From: Nitrospirota bacterium
Lineage (GTDB): Bacteria; Nitrospirota; Nitrospiria; Nitrospirales; NS-4
Direction of reading: 5' to 3'
Length of the DNA: 47,331 nt
Assembly (NCBI GenBank): GCA_005877565.1
Contig: VBOK01000077.1
Location: 1 to 47,331 of the forward strand
Shown: positions 39,372 to 47,331 of the stretch, piece after piece
Position numbering within the stretch: the first letter of the stretch is position 1
Layout: each line of letters starts with the position of its first letter
Notes under the pieces: generated by a model
Told to the model about the DNA's origin: nothing
Database searches by the model: none
Seen by the model: only the letters and a program-made list of their open reading frames with translations
Position numbers and translations under genes: made by a program

Positions 39372-40493
39372 ATGCGCGACCAGATCGTCAAAGACGTGAA
39401 GCGCCTTGTGCTGAAGGTGGGCAGCCGCCTCGTCGCTTCCAAGGGCAGCGGCCTGAACGCCGAGCGCATTGACCAGCTCGCCAGCGAGCTGGCCGTGTTG
39501 AAGGTGCAGGGGCGGGAGATCGTGATGGTTTCCTCGGGCGCCATCGTGTGCGGCATCGAGAAGCTGGGCCTGCCGGAGTATCCCAAAAGCCTGCCGCACA
39601 AGCAGGCCGCCGCCGCCGTGGGCCAGAGCCGCCTCATGTGGGCCTACGAGAAGGCCTTCGAGAAGGTGGGCCAGAAGGTCGCGCAGGTGCTGCTCACGCG
39701 CGAGGACCTGGCGAACCGCGCGCGCTTCCTCAACTCGCGCCACACTCTGACCACCCTGCTCGACTATGGGGTCGTGCCGATCATCAACGAAAACGACACC
39801 GTCGCAGTGGACGAGATCCGCTTCGGGGACAACGACAGTCTGGCCGGGATGGTCGCCCACCTCGTGGACGCCGACCTCTTGGTGATCCTCTCCGACGTCG
39901 AGGGACTCTACACCGAGGACCCGCACCACAACCCCAATGCCACGCTGATTCCGGTGGTCACTGAAGTGACGGCCGAAATCGAGCGGCGCGCTGGCGGGAC
40001 GTCCAGTTTCGAAGGGACCGGTGGCATGTACACGAAGGTCCTCGCGGCCAAGAAGGCCGCGACCTACGGCATCGCCACGGCCATCGTCAGCGGGGAGCGG
40101 CCGGGCCACCTGACGGCGCTGTTCGACGGGCATCCGGTCGGGACCCTCTTCTTGCCGAAAAGCCAGAAGCTCACAAGCCGCAAGCACTGGATCGGCTACA
40201 CGGTGAAGGCCAAGGGCCGCCTCACACTGGACGACGGCGCCGTCGAGGCCCTCACGCGCAAGGGCAAGAGCCTGCTCCCTTCCGGCATCACGGCGGTGCA
40301 CGGGGACTTCGACAACGGCGACGCTGTCGCCTGCGTGGACAAATCCGGGCGCGAGTTCGCGAAGGGGCTGGTGAACTATTCCTCCGAGGCCATTGCGAAG
40401 ATCAAGGGATTGAAGACGTTCGAGATCCAGAAGACGTTGGGGTACAAGGACTACGACGAAGTCATCCACCGGGATAATTTGGTGATCCTATGA
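39372..40493 (+). CDS. proB: glutamate 5-kinase with PUA domain
   Basis: LVLKVGS, VSSGA, NENDTV and a C-terminal PUA region (GRLTLDDGAVEAL). Confidence 0.9.
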   Translation: MRDQIVKDVKRLVLKVGSRLVASKGSGLNAERIDQLASELAVLKVQGREIVMVSSGAIVCGIEKLGLPEYPKSLPHKQAAAAVGQSRLMWAYEKAFEKVGQKVAQVLLTREDLANRARFLNSRHTLTTLLDYGVVPIINENDTVAVDEIRFGDNDSLAGMVAHLVDADLLVILSDVEGLYTEDPHHNPNATLIPVVTEVTAEIERRAGGTSSFEGTGGMYTKVLAAKKAATYGIATAIVSGERPGHLTALFDGHPVGTLFLPKSQKLTSRKHWIGYTVKAKGRLTLDDGAVEALTRKGKSLLPSGITAVHGDFDNGDAVACVDKSGREFAKGLVNYSSEAIAKIKGLKTFEIQKTLGYKDYDEVIHRDNLVIL

Positions 40494-41740
40494 ACCTGAC
40501 CGACTACGTCGTCCAGAAAGCCGCACAGGCCAAGGCTGCCGCGCGGCAGCTGGCGATCCTGTCCACAGCCGTGAAGAACAAGGCGCTCCTCACCATGGCC
40601 GACGCCCTGGAAGCCCGCGAGGTGGAGCTGCTGGAGGCCAACAAAAAGGACCTCGCCGCCGCGAGCGGACTCTCGAAGGCGGCGATTGACCGGCTCATGC
40701 TCAACACGAATCGCATCAAGGAGATGGCCGTGGGCCTGCGCGAAGTGGCGTCGCTCCCCGATCCTGTCGGCGAAGTGACGAAGATGTGGCGGCGGCCCAA
40801 CGGGCTGCAGGTGGGTAAGATGCGCGTGCCGATCGGCGTGATTGGGATCATCTACGAGTCGCGCCCCAACGTCACCGCCGACGCCGCCTCCCTCTGTCTT
40901 AAATCCGGCAATGCGGTGGTGCTCCGCGGCGGCTCGGAGGCCATCCAGTCCAACGCCGCGATCGCGAAGATACTGCGTGAGGCCGGCGAGAAGATCGGCA
41001 TCCCGGCTGGCGCGATTACGTTCATCGACAACCCCGACCGCCAGGTCTCCTCCCTGCTGCTCAAGCAGGACAAGCTGATCGACCTCATCATCCCGCGAGG
41101 TGGCGAACGCCTCATGCAGTTCATCATGGAGGAGTCCACGATCCCGGTAATCAAGCACGACAAGGGAGTGTGCCACACCTACGTGGACGACAAGGCGGAC
41201 CTCGCCATGGCGGAAGCCATCTGTTTCAACGCGAAGGTGCAGCGGCCGGGGACCTGCAACGCGATGGAGACGCTCCTCGTGCACCAGACCGTCGCTCCGA
41301 CGTTCCTGCCGCTACTCATCAAGCGCTATCAGGAGGCCGGCGTGGAGGTCCGCGGCTGCCCGCGGACCGTGAAGCTTGCGCCGGGCGTCAAGCCCGCCGC
41401 CGACTCCGACTGGGGCACGGAGTTCCTGGACCTCATCCTAGCCGTCCGCGTCGTGGACGACATGGAGCAGGCCATGGGGCACATCGCCCGCTACGGCTCG
41501 CAGCACTCCGAGGCGATCGTGACGCAGGACCACGGACGAGCCATGCGCTTTTTGAACGAGGTGGACGCCGCGGCGGTTTTCGTCAACGCCTCGACGCGTC
41601 TCCACGACGGCTACCAGTTCGGCCTGGGGGCTGAGATCGGCATCAGCACAACCCGCATCCACGCGCGCGGCGCGATGGGCCTGGAGGAACTTACCAGCAC
41701 CAAGTTCATCGTGCTCGGCACCGGCCAGCTCCGGGAATGA
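40490..41740 (+). CDS. proA: gamma-glutamyl phosphate reductase
   Basis: VIGIIYESRPNVT, LRGGSEA, CNAMETLLVH and HSEAIVT. It overlaps proB by 4 nt. Confidence 0.95.
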   Translation: MNLTDYVVQKAAQAKAAARQLAILSTAVKNKALLTMADALEAREVELLEANKKDLAAASGLSKAAIDRLMLNTNRIKEMAVGLREVASLPDPVGEVTKMWRRPNGLQVGKMRVPIGVIGIIYESRPNVTADAASLCLKSGNAVVLRGGSEAIQSNAAIAKILREAGEKIGIPAGAITFIDNPDRQVSSLLLKQDKLIDLIIPRGGERLMQFIMEESTIPVIKHDKGVCHTYVDDKADLAMAEAICFNAKVQRPGTCNAMETLLVHQTVAPTFLPLLIKRYQEAGVEVRGCPRTVKLAPGVKPAADSDWGTEFLDLILAVRVVDDMEQAMGHIARYGSQHSEAIVTQDHGRAMRFLNEVDAAAVFVNASTRLHDGYQFGLGAEIGISTTRIHARGAMGLEELTSTKFIVLGTGQLRE

Positions 41741-42414
41741 AGCTCGGGCTGTACGGCGGCGCGTTCAATCCCATCCATCGGTGCCATCTGCTCGTCGCCG
41801 AGACCGCGCGCACCCGGCTTGGGCTCGACACCGTCCTCTTCATTCCAACTGGCGGCCCACCCCACAAGCCGCCGTCTGACTTCATTCCGGCGAAGCACCG
41901 GCTGGAGATGGTACGTCTCGCCATCGCGCCGTATCCCTACTTCCAGTTCTCGGACATCGAGACGAGACGCGACGCGAGATCCTACACGATCGACACCGTC
42001 CGGGCCCTGAAGGAGACCTACCCGCCCAATACCCGCATGGTCTTCATCATCGGCCTAGACGCCTTTCTCGAATTGCCAAGCTGGCGGGAGCCGGAGCGCC
42101 TGCTGGAGAATTGCGATTTCGCCGTGGTTTCACGAACCGGCTTTCAGTTTAAGTCCTTGGAAAAACTTCCGATTCTTGGCATCATGGACACGGAGCAGCT
42201 GGCCCGATTGGATGCCGGCCAGCTTGAGAAATATGCGTTCCGGCTCAAGAGCGGACGGTCGCTCTGGGCACTGGCGATGCCCCCCTGCGAAGTGTCGTCA
42301 CAGGAGGTCAGGAAGCGACTGAAATCAAAGCAGGGCATCGAAAACCTCTTGCCGACAGCCGTCGAGTCTTATATACTGCGATATCATTCTGGAGCAGGAG
42401 GGTTACCGCAATAA
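41737..42414 (+). CDS. nadD: nicotinate-nucleotide adenylyltransferase
   Basis: GLYGGAFNPIHRCHL and SSQEVRKRL. It overlaps proA by 4 nt. Confidence 0.9.
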   Translation: MKLGLYGGAFNPIHRCHLLVAETARTRLGLDTVLFIPTGGPPHKPPSDFIPAKHRLEMVRLAIAPYPYFQFSDIETRRDARSYTIDTVRALKETYPPNTRMVFIIGLDAFLELPSWREPERLLENCDFAVVSRTGFQFKSLEKLPILGIMDTEQLARLDAGQLEKYAFRLKSGRSLWALAMPPCEVSSQEVRKRLKSKQGIENLLPTAVESYILRYHSGAGGLPQ

Positions 42415-42482
42415 TCCGCGGATCACGAGTAAAAGTCCGGTGGGCTGCCCTGGCAGCCGAAGAGAAAAAAGCCTCTGAGATC

Positions 42483-42833
42483 GTGATCTTAGACGTCGCC
42501 CTCAAATCCGGGGTGACGGATTATTTCCTCATCTGCTCAGCCGAATCCGAGCGTCAGGTCATCGCCGTCAAGGACCATATTGAGAAGGTCCTTGACGAAA
42601 AGGGATACCGCCTCTACGGCCTCGAAGGCCTCGCGGCCGGCGTGTGGGTCCTGATGGACTACGACGATGTCGTCGTCCACATCTTCACGCGCAGGGCGCG
42701 CGAGCATTATGGGCTGGACCGGCTCTGGGCCGACGCAAAGCGCTTGCCGCTCCCGAAGGCCCGCGCAACCGTCACGGCTGGTCGTCCCAAGGTACGGATG
42801 CGCAGGGAGCGAACCGCCAGGCAACGGGGATAA
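42483..42833 (+). CDS. rsfS: ribosome silencing factor RsfS (true start probably upstream, near 42411-42420)
   Basis: DYFLICSAESERQV, DYDDVVVHIF and YGLDRLW. The in-frame upstream codons encode the expected N-terminal helix ...AALAAEEKKASEIV, but there is no canonical start codon there. Confidence 0.8.
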   Translation: MILDVALKSGVTDYFLICSAESERQVIAVKDHIEKVLDEKGYRLYGLEGLAAGVWVLMDYDDVVVHIFTRRAREHYGLDRLWADAKRLPLPKARATVTAGRPKVRMRRERTARQRG

Positions 42834-42836
42834 CCG

Positions 42837-44076
42837 ATGCGCTTCTTCCTATGGGTGTTCACGCTGATCGCTGCCATCGTGGCGGCCGTCTACTTCAGCG
42901 ACCTCAACCCCGATCCGATCACGCTCCGGCTATCGCAGCAAACGTCGACCGAAGTCACCCCGCTCTACCTCGTGCTCTTTTGCATCGCTGGCGGCGCGCT
43001 GACAGTCGTGTTGCTGTTCGGCCTGCGCGAGGTCCGCGCCCTCATCCTCAACTGGCGCTCTACCCAGCGGCGCAAGCGCGAGGAGAAGCTCCAGAGCTAT
43101 TACAGCAGCGGCGTGCTGGCCTCGCTCTCCCGTCGGACCAGCGAGGCGATCTCCCAGCTGCAGAAGGTGCTGGCGTTGGACCCCACCCACACCCGTGCCC
43201 TGGTCTCGCTGGGCAACATCTTCCGCCGGGAGAAACATTACAACGAGGCGGTCCGGCTGCACCTGAGGGCCCGGTCGCTCGAAGAAGGCAATCTGGAGGT
43301 CCTCTTGTCCCTAGCCCGCGACCTCGAAGACGCCAAGCGCTACGACGAGGCGATCCAGACATTGGAGGACGTGCTCAAACATGACAGCACCAACCCGACC
43401 GCCCTCTACCGCATCAGAGACATCCACATCCGGAACGGCAGATGGAAAGCGGCCCATGCGGTCCAGGAACGGCTCCTGAAGGCAGGCCTGTCCGACCACG
43501 AAGTCCGCGTCGAGATCCAGGTCATGACGGGGCTGAAATATGAGGTCGGGCGACAGTACTCGGAACGCGGCGATCTCGACCTCGCCAGACGCTACTTCAG
43601 GAATGCCATCAAGCTGGACAAAGGGTTCCTGCCCGCGCGGATCGGCTTCGGCGAGCTGCTCATTCGGGAAGGCAAGCTGAAGCTGGCAGCGGCTCGGCAA
43701 GCTCTACTACAGGCTGGAGATGATCGACGACGCCTTCGATCTGCTCTCGACGCTGGAGGGTCTCCAAGACCCCACCGGCGCCCTGCATAAGATCATGGCC
43801 TGCCTCTACATCCGCAAGGGGGACACAGAATCGGCGCTGATAATCCTGCAGGAAGCCCTCAACCGGGCACGGCCCGTCGGGGCCCCGTTCGCCTGCACAG
43901 CCTGTCACTACGAAGCGCGGGAATGGAGCGGGCGCTGCCAGGCCTGCGGGCACTGGAACACGCTGGCTCACGTGCTCCCTTCGTTCAGCGACGCAGGCCA
44001 GCCCCGCGAGAGCGTGCGCGAGCCCGTTCAGCCCCACCCCTATCCGGGCATCGCCTCGCCGTTCGAGCCTGTGTAG
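42837..44076 (+). pseudogene. lapB: LapB/YciM-like TPR protein with C-terminal rubredoxin-type zinc finger, split by a +1 frameshift near 43681-43720
   Basis: Frame A (42837-43790) gives two N-terminal TM helices plus TPR repeats, then degenerates after ...LIREGKLKLAAA. Frame B (open from 43681) gives LGKLYYRLEMIDDAFDLL...FACTACHYEAREWSGRCQACGHWNT. Confidence 0.7.
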
Positions 44077-44117
44077 ACGGGCTGGCCTTTTCCCCCAAAA
44101 TCAGTAACAATGCGCGT

Positions 44118-44188
44118 GTCATTCTGAGCAAAGCGAAGAATCTCATGTGTGAGGCAGTGTCTAGACCCTTCACTTCGTTCAGGGTGAC
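44118..44188. repeat. REP-like inverted pair forming a hairpin
   Basis: GTCATTCTGAGCAAAGCGAAGAATCT - 19 nt - AGACCCTTCACTTCGTTCAGGGTGAC. Confidence 0.8.
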
Positions 44189-44211
44189 AACTTTTGAGGA
44201 TTGACCCGAGC

Positions 44212-45759
44212 ATGGCAACTAACATCAAACCTGTCGCACTGATCATCTTGGACGGCTGGGGCGTGAGCCAGAAGACGGAGGCCAACGCCCTGGCCCTCGC
44301 ACGGCTGCCGTTCTACAACTCGCTCCTTCGGAACTGTCCCCACACCATGCTGTCAGCGTCCGGCGAGGACACGGGGCTGCCCGACAACCAGATGGGGAAC
44401 TCTGAGGTCGGACACATGAACCTCGGCGCCGGCCGCATCGTGTACCAGGACCTCACCCGGATCAATCGGGCGATCAGGGACGGCTCCTTCGCAACGAACC
44501 CGGTGCTCGCACAGGTCCTGCACAAGGTCCGCTCCACCGGCGGCCGCCTGCACTTGCTGGGCCTCCTGTCGGACGGCGGCGTGCACAGCCACATCTCCCA
44601 CCTGGAGGCAATCCTGGAGATGGTGAAGAAGGAGGGCCGCCCGCCGGTGTTTGTGCATGCGTTCCTGGACGGGCGGGACACGCCCCCGCGGAGTGGCCTC
44701 GGCTACGTCAAAACCGTCGAGGCACAGACGCACAAGCTTGGCGTCGGGACGATTGCCACCGTGATGGGGCGGTACTACGCCATGGACCGGGACCAGCGGT
44801 GGGACCGCGTGGCCAAGGCCTACGCCGCCCTCGTGGAAGGCCACGGCGTGCACCGGCGCTCGGCTGAGGAGGCTGTCACGGCGAGCTATGCGGCGAACGT
44901 GACCGACGAGTTCGTGGTCCCGGCCGTCATCGTGGACCAGCACGACCATCCGATCGGGAGCATTGACGACGACGACGGGATCTTTTTCTACAACTTCCGC
45001 GCGGACCGGGCCCGCGAGCTGACGCGCGCCCTCACCGAGCCGGCCTTCGAGGCCTTCCCGCGGTCGGTCGTGCCGAAGCTGGCCGCCTTCGCGACGATGA
45101 CCTCATACGACGAGACCTCCACACATCCGGTGGCCTTTTCCCCGTTCCGTCTGACGCGCATCCTGCCAGAGCTCATCAGCGAGCGTGGGCTCAAGCAGCT
45201 CCGCATCGCCGAGACTGAGAAGTACGCCCACGTCACGTACTTCTTCAACGGCGGCGACGAGAAGACCTATCCGGGCGAAGACCGTGTGCTGATTCCCTCC
45301 CCACGCGACGTCGCAACCTACGACCTGAAGCCGCAGATGTCTGCACGAGAGGTCGCCGACGAGGCCGTGCGGCGCATCGAGTCCCGTCAGTACCACCTGA
45401 TCGTGCTGAACTTCGCGAACCCGGACATGGTGGGGCACACCGGCAACCTGAAAGCCGCGATCCAGGCGGCCGAGGTCATTGACGAGTGCCTGAACAAGGT
45501 CATCTCCGCCATGCGCCGGATCGGTGGGGCCGTGGTCCTGACCGCCGATCACGGCAACCTGGAGCAGATGGTGGACTACGAGACCGGCCAGCCTCACACG
45601 GCGCATACTCTGAACCCAGTACCGTGCCTTATCGTGGACGACCGGCCGCACGCCTTGCGTGCCTCCGGCGTCCTCGCGGACATTGCCCCGACGATCGTGC
45701 ACCTGATGGGGCTTCTCCAACCGCCCGAAATGACCGGCGTGTCTCTGATCAAGGAGTGA
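44212..45759 (+). CDS. gpmI: 2,3-bisphosphoglycerate-independent phosphoglycerate mutase
   Basis: ILDGWG, MGNSEVGHMNLGAGR, SDGGVHSH and ADHGN. Confidence 0.95.
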   Translation: MATNIKPVALIILDGWGVSQKTEANALALARLPFYNSLLRNCPHTMLSASGEDTGLPDNQMGNSEVGHMNLGAGRIVYQDLTRINRAIRDGSFATNPVLAQVLHKVRSTGGRLHLLGLLSDGGVHSHISHLEAILEMVKKEGRPPVFVHAFLDGRDTPPRSGLGYVKTVEAQTHKLGVGTIATVMGRYYAMDRDQRWDRVAKAYAALVEGHGVHRRSAEEAVTASYAANVTDEFVVPAVIVDQHDHPIGSIDDDDGIFFYNFRADRARELTRALTEPAFEAFPRSVVPKLAAFATMTSYDETSTHPVAFSPFRLTRILPELISERGLKQLRIAETEKYAHVTYFFNGGDEKTYPGEDRVLIPSPRDVATYDLKPQMSAREVADEAVRRIESRQYHLIVLNFANPDMVGHTGNLKAAIQAAEVIDECLNKVISAMRRIGGAVVLTADHGNLEQMVDYETGQPHTAHTLNPVPCLIVDDRPHALRASGVLADIAPTIVHLMGLLQPPEMTGVSLIKE

Positions 45760-45764
45760 CGACG

Positions 45765-46784
45765 ATGGACCATCGTGACAATCCGAATGGCGCGTTCCGT
45801 GCTTGGGCCAACAAGGCGATCGCCGGCGAGGCGCTGACCCGTGAAGAAGCGCGGACGGTGTTGCAGACGCCGGACGACCGAGTGCTGGAACTGCTCGACG
45901 CCGCGTACACCGTCCGCCGGCGGTTCTTCGGACGCAGGGTCCGCCTCCAGATGCTCCAGAACGCCAAGAGCGGCGCCTGCCAGGAGGATTGCGGTTACTG
46001 CTCCCAGTCGGCCGTGTCCACGGCGGACATCCGGAAATATGGGCTGCTGAAGAAGTCGCACATGGTCGAGGGCGCGCGGCGGGCGGCGGAGTCCAAGGCC
46101 ATCCGCTACTGCATCGTCATCAGCGGACGCGGCCCGCTCGACCGCGAGCTCGCCGAAATCAGCGAGGCCGTCCGCGAGATCAAGGGCACGGTGCCGGTCC
46201 AGGTCTGCTGCTCTCTGGGCCTGCTCACGGAAAACGACGCGCGCCGGTTAAAGGCAGCAGGCGTGGACCGGATCAACCATAACCTGAACGCGTCTGAGCG
46301 GTTCCACCCGCAGATGGTGACGACCCACACGTATCAGGACCGCCTCACGACGATCCGGAACGCCCGGGCTGCCGGCCTGGAGATCTGCTCGGGTGGCATC
46401 GCGGGCATGGGCGAGACGGACGAGGATCTGATCGACCTGGCGTTCGCGCTGCGCGAAGTACAGCCGGACTCTATCCCGATGAACTTCCTGCATCCGGTCC
46501 CCGGCACGCCGATGCAGGATCGGAACAACCTCACGCCCCAGCGCTGCCTGAAGATCCTGTGTCTGTTCCGCTTCCTGCACCCGCGGACGGAGCTAAGGGT
46601 CGCGGGCGGGCGCGAGTTCAACCTGCGCGCCCTGCAGGCGCTGGCGCTCTACCCTGCCGACTCGCTCTTCGTCGGCGGCTACCTCACGACGCCGGGCATG
46701 CCCGCGCCCGAGGCCTGGCAGATGATCGAGGATCTGGGCTTCGAAGTGGATACCCAAGGAGCCTCGCGGATGATCCCTTCGTAA
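45765..46784 (+). CDS. bioB: biotin synthase (radical SAM)
   Basis: CQEDCGYCSQS is the CxxxCxxC cluster. It is followed by YCIVISGRG. AAGGAG lies 8 nt upstream of ATG 45765. Confidence 0.9.
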   Translation: MDHRDNPNGAFRAWANKAIAGEALTREEARTVLQTPDDRVLELLDAAYTVRRRFFGRRVRLQMLQNAKSGACQEDCGYCSQSAVSTADIRKYGLLKKSHMVEGARRAAESKAIRYCIVISGRGPLDRELAEISEAVREIKGTVPVQVCCSLGLLTENDARRLKAAGVDRINHNLNASERFHPQMVTTHTYQDRLTTIRNARAAGLEICSGGIAGMGETDEDLIDLAFALREVQPDSIPMNFLHPVPGTPMQDRNNLTPQRCLKILCLFRFLHPRTELRVAGGREFNLRALQALALYPADSLFVGGYLTTPGMPAPEAWQMIEDLGFEVDTQGASRMIPS

Positions 46785-46968
46785 CGAGGCGAAGGAGATC
46801 AGGTCAGATACAAGGCCGCAGGCTTGAAAATACCGGAGGTGTATTCTCTGGAATACATTGAGGATATTTTCGAGCCGAGAACGAAGTAGGTGGCCTGAGA
46901 TCGTTCGCCGCAGTAGAACGGGATTATCCGTCAGGCTCCTAGGGGCGCGCCGGTGTCACCTTGACCTC

Positions 46969-47083
46969 TCGCGGGTCCTGTCGGCGAACAGCCCTGACGT
47001 GCTCAGATCCTTTCGCCGTCGCAGCCCCGCAGACTCGGCTGTAGGCTCTTCCGCTCCGCCCGGGCGCCCGTTCGCCGCCACCC
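46969..47083 (-). repeat. unclassified GC-rich structured repeat, copy 2 (inverted relative to copy 1)
   Basis: Its reverse complement, GGGTGGCGGCGAACGGGCGCCCGGGCGGAGCGGAAGAGCC...GACAGGACCCGCGA, aligns end to end with 38164-38280. Confidence 0.8.
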
Positions 47084-47206
47084 CTCCGCCACAGTCGACA
47101 TCGGTGCCACTCGCTAGTGCCTACCTTGAAACCCCTGTCCTCATAAGGAAAAAGGACTTCGCTAAATTTCTTTTCACTTCTCTTGCTTTACTGTAATTAC
47201 TATGCT

Positions 47207-47331
47207 ATGCTTCGCCTACTTGAAGAAAAGGAGGAGCGAAACGTGGAACTGACAAGCCAGTTAACGTCCCTAAAGAAGAAAGCTATGAAGAAAATCGGTG
47301 AGGCTGCTGGAGAGCACGATATTTCACGAAT
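47207..47331 (+). CDS. 5' end of a hypothetical, lower-GC, coiled-coil-like ORF (partial, runs off the window)
   Basis: MLRLLEEKEERNVELTSQLTSLKKKAMKKIGEAAGEHDISR... An internal GTG at 47243 is preceded by AAGGAGG. Confidence 0.35.
   Translation, partial: MLRLLEEKEERNVELTSQLTSLKKKAMKKIGEAAGEHDISR

Overview
High-GC (about 60-65%) bacterial chromosomal window, almost entirely housekeeping genes. The gene content looks Nitrospirota-like, but that is inference only.

Genes recognised, in order:
- F0 ATP synthase module atpZ-atpB-atpE-atpF
- pabB-pabC
- nadB
- MsbA-like ABC exporter
- Ppx/GppA followed by two tandem thymidylate-kinase-like genes
- fabH and bamD
- complete System II cytochrome c maturation cluster (resB-ccsA-tlpA-tlpA-ccdA)
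- metK-ahcY
- gap-pgk-tpiA-secG
- ilvE
- rplU-rpmA, then obg-proB-proA-nadD-rsfS-lapB
- gpmI and bioB

No rRNA, tRNA, CRISPR array, integrase or transposase was found.

Main observations:
1. A roughly 2.4 kb segment, partly low-GC, sits just 5' of obg, downstream of rplU-rpmA. It is bounded by imperfect direct repeats that duplicate the obg ribosome-binding region and its first six codons. It carries an AT-rich orphan membrane/coiled-coil ORF and mgsA.
2. An unclassified 115-117 nt GC-rich repeat is present twice in inverted orientation (38164-38280 and 46969-47083). A closing helix is preserved by two compensatory base-pair changes. The same end of each copy faces lower-GC DNA, and together the copies bracket the obg-to-bioB block.
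3. A family of REP-like palindromic units (GTCAYYCTGAGC...GCGAAG) occurs at four loci. One of them supplies the 3' end and stop codon of the ABC transporter gene.
4. Two housekeeping genes look broken. ahcY has an internal out-of-frame deletion and lapB has a frameshift. These are either real pseudogenes or assembly errors.
5. Several short ORFs missing from the supplied track look real: a bS22-like 31-aa basic peptide and a 49-aa Cys/His protein.
6. The Ppx/GppA gene is translationally coupled to a pair of Tmk-like genes, one of which has a Walker A Lys-to-Arg change.

All functional calls come from reading motifs in the translations by eye. No database search was run.
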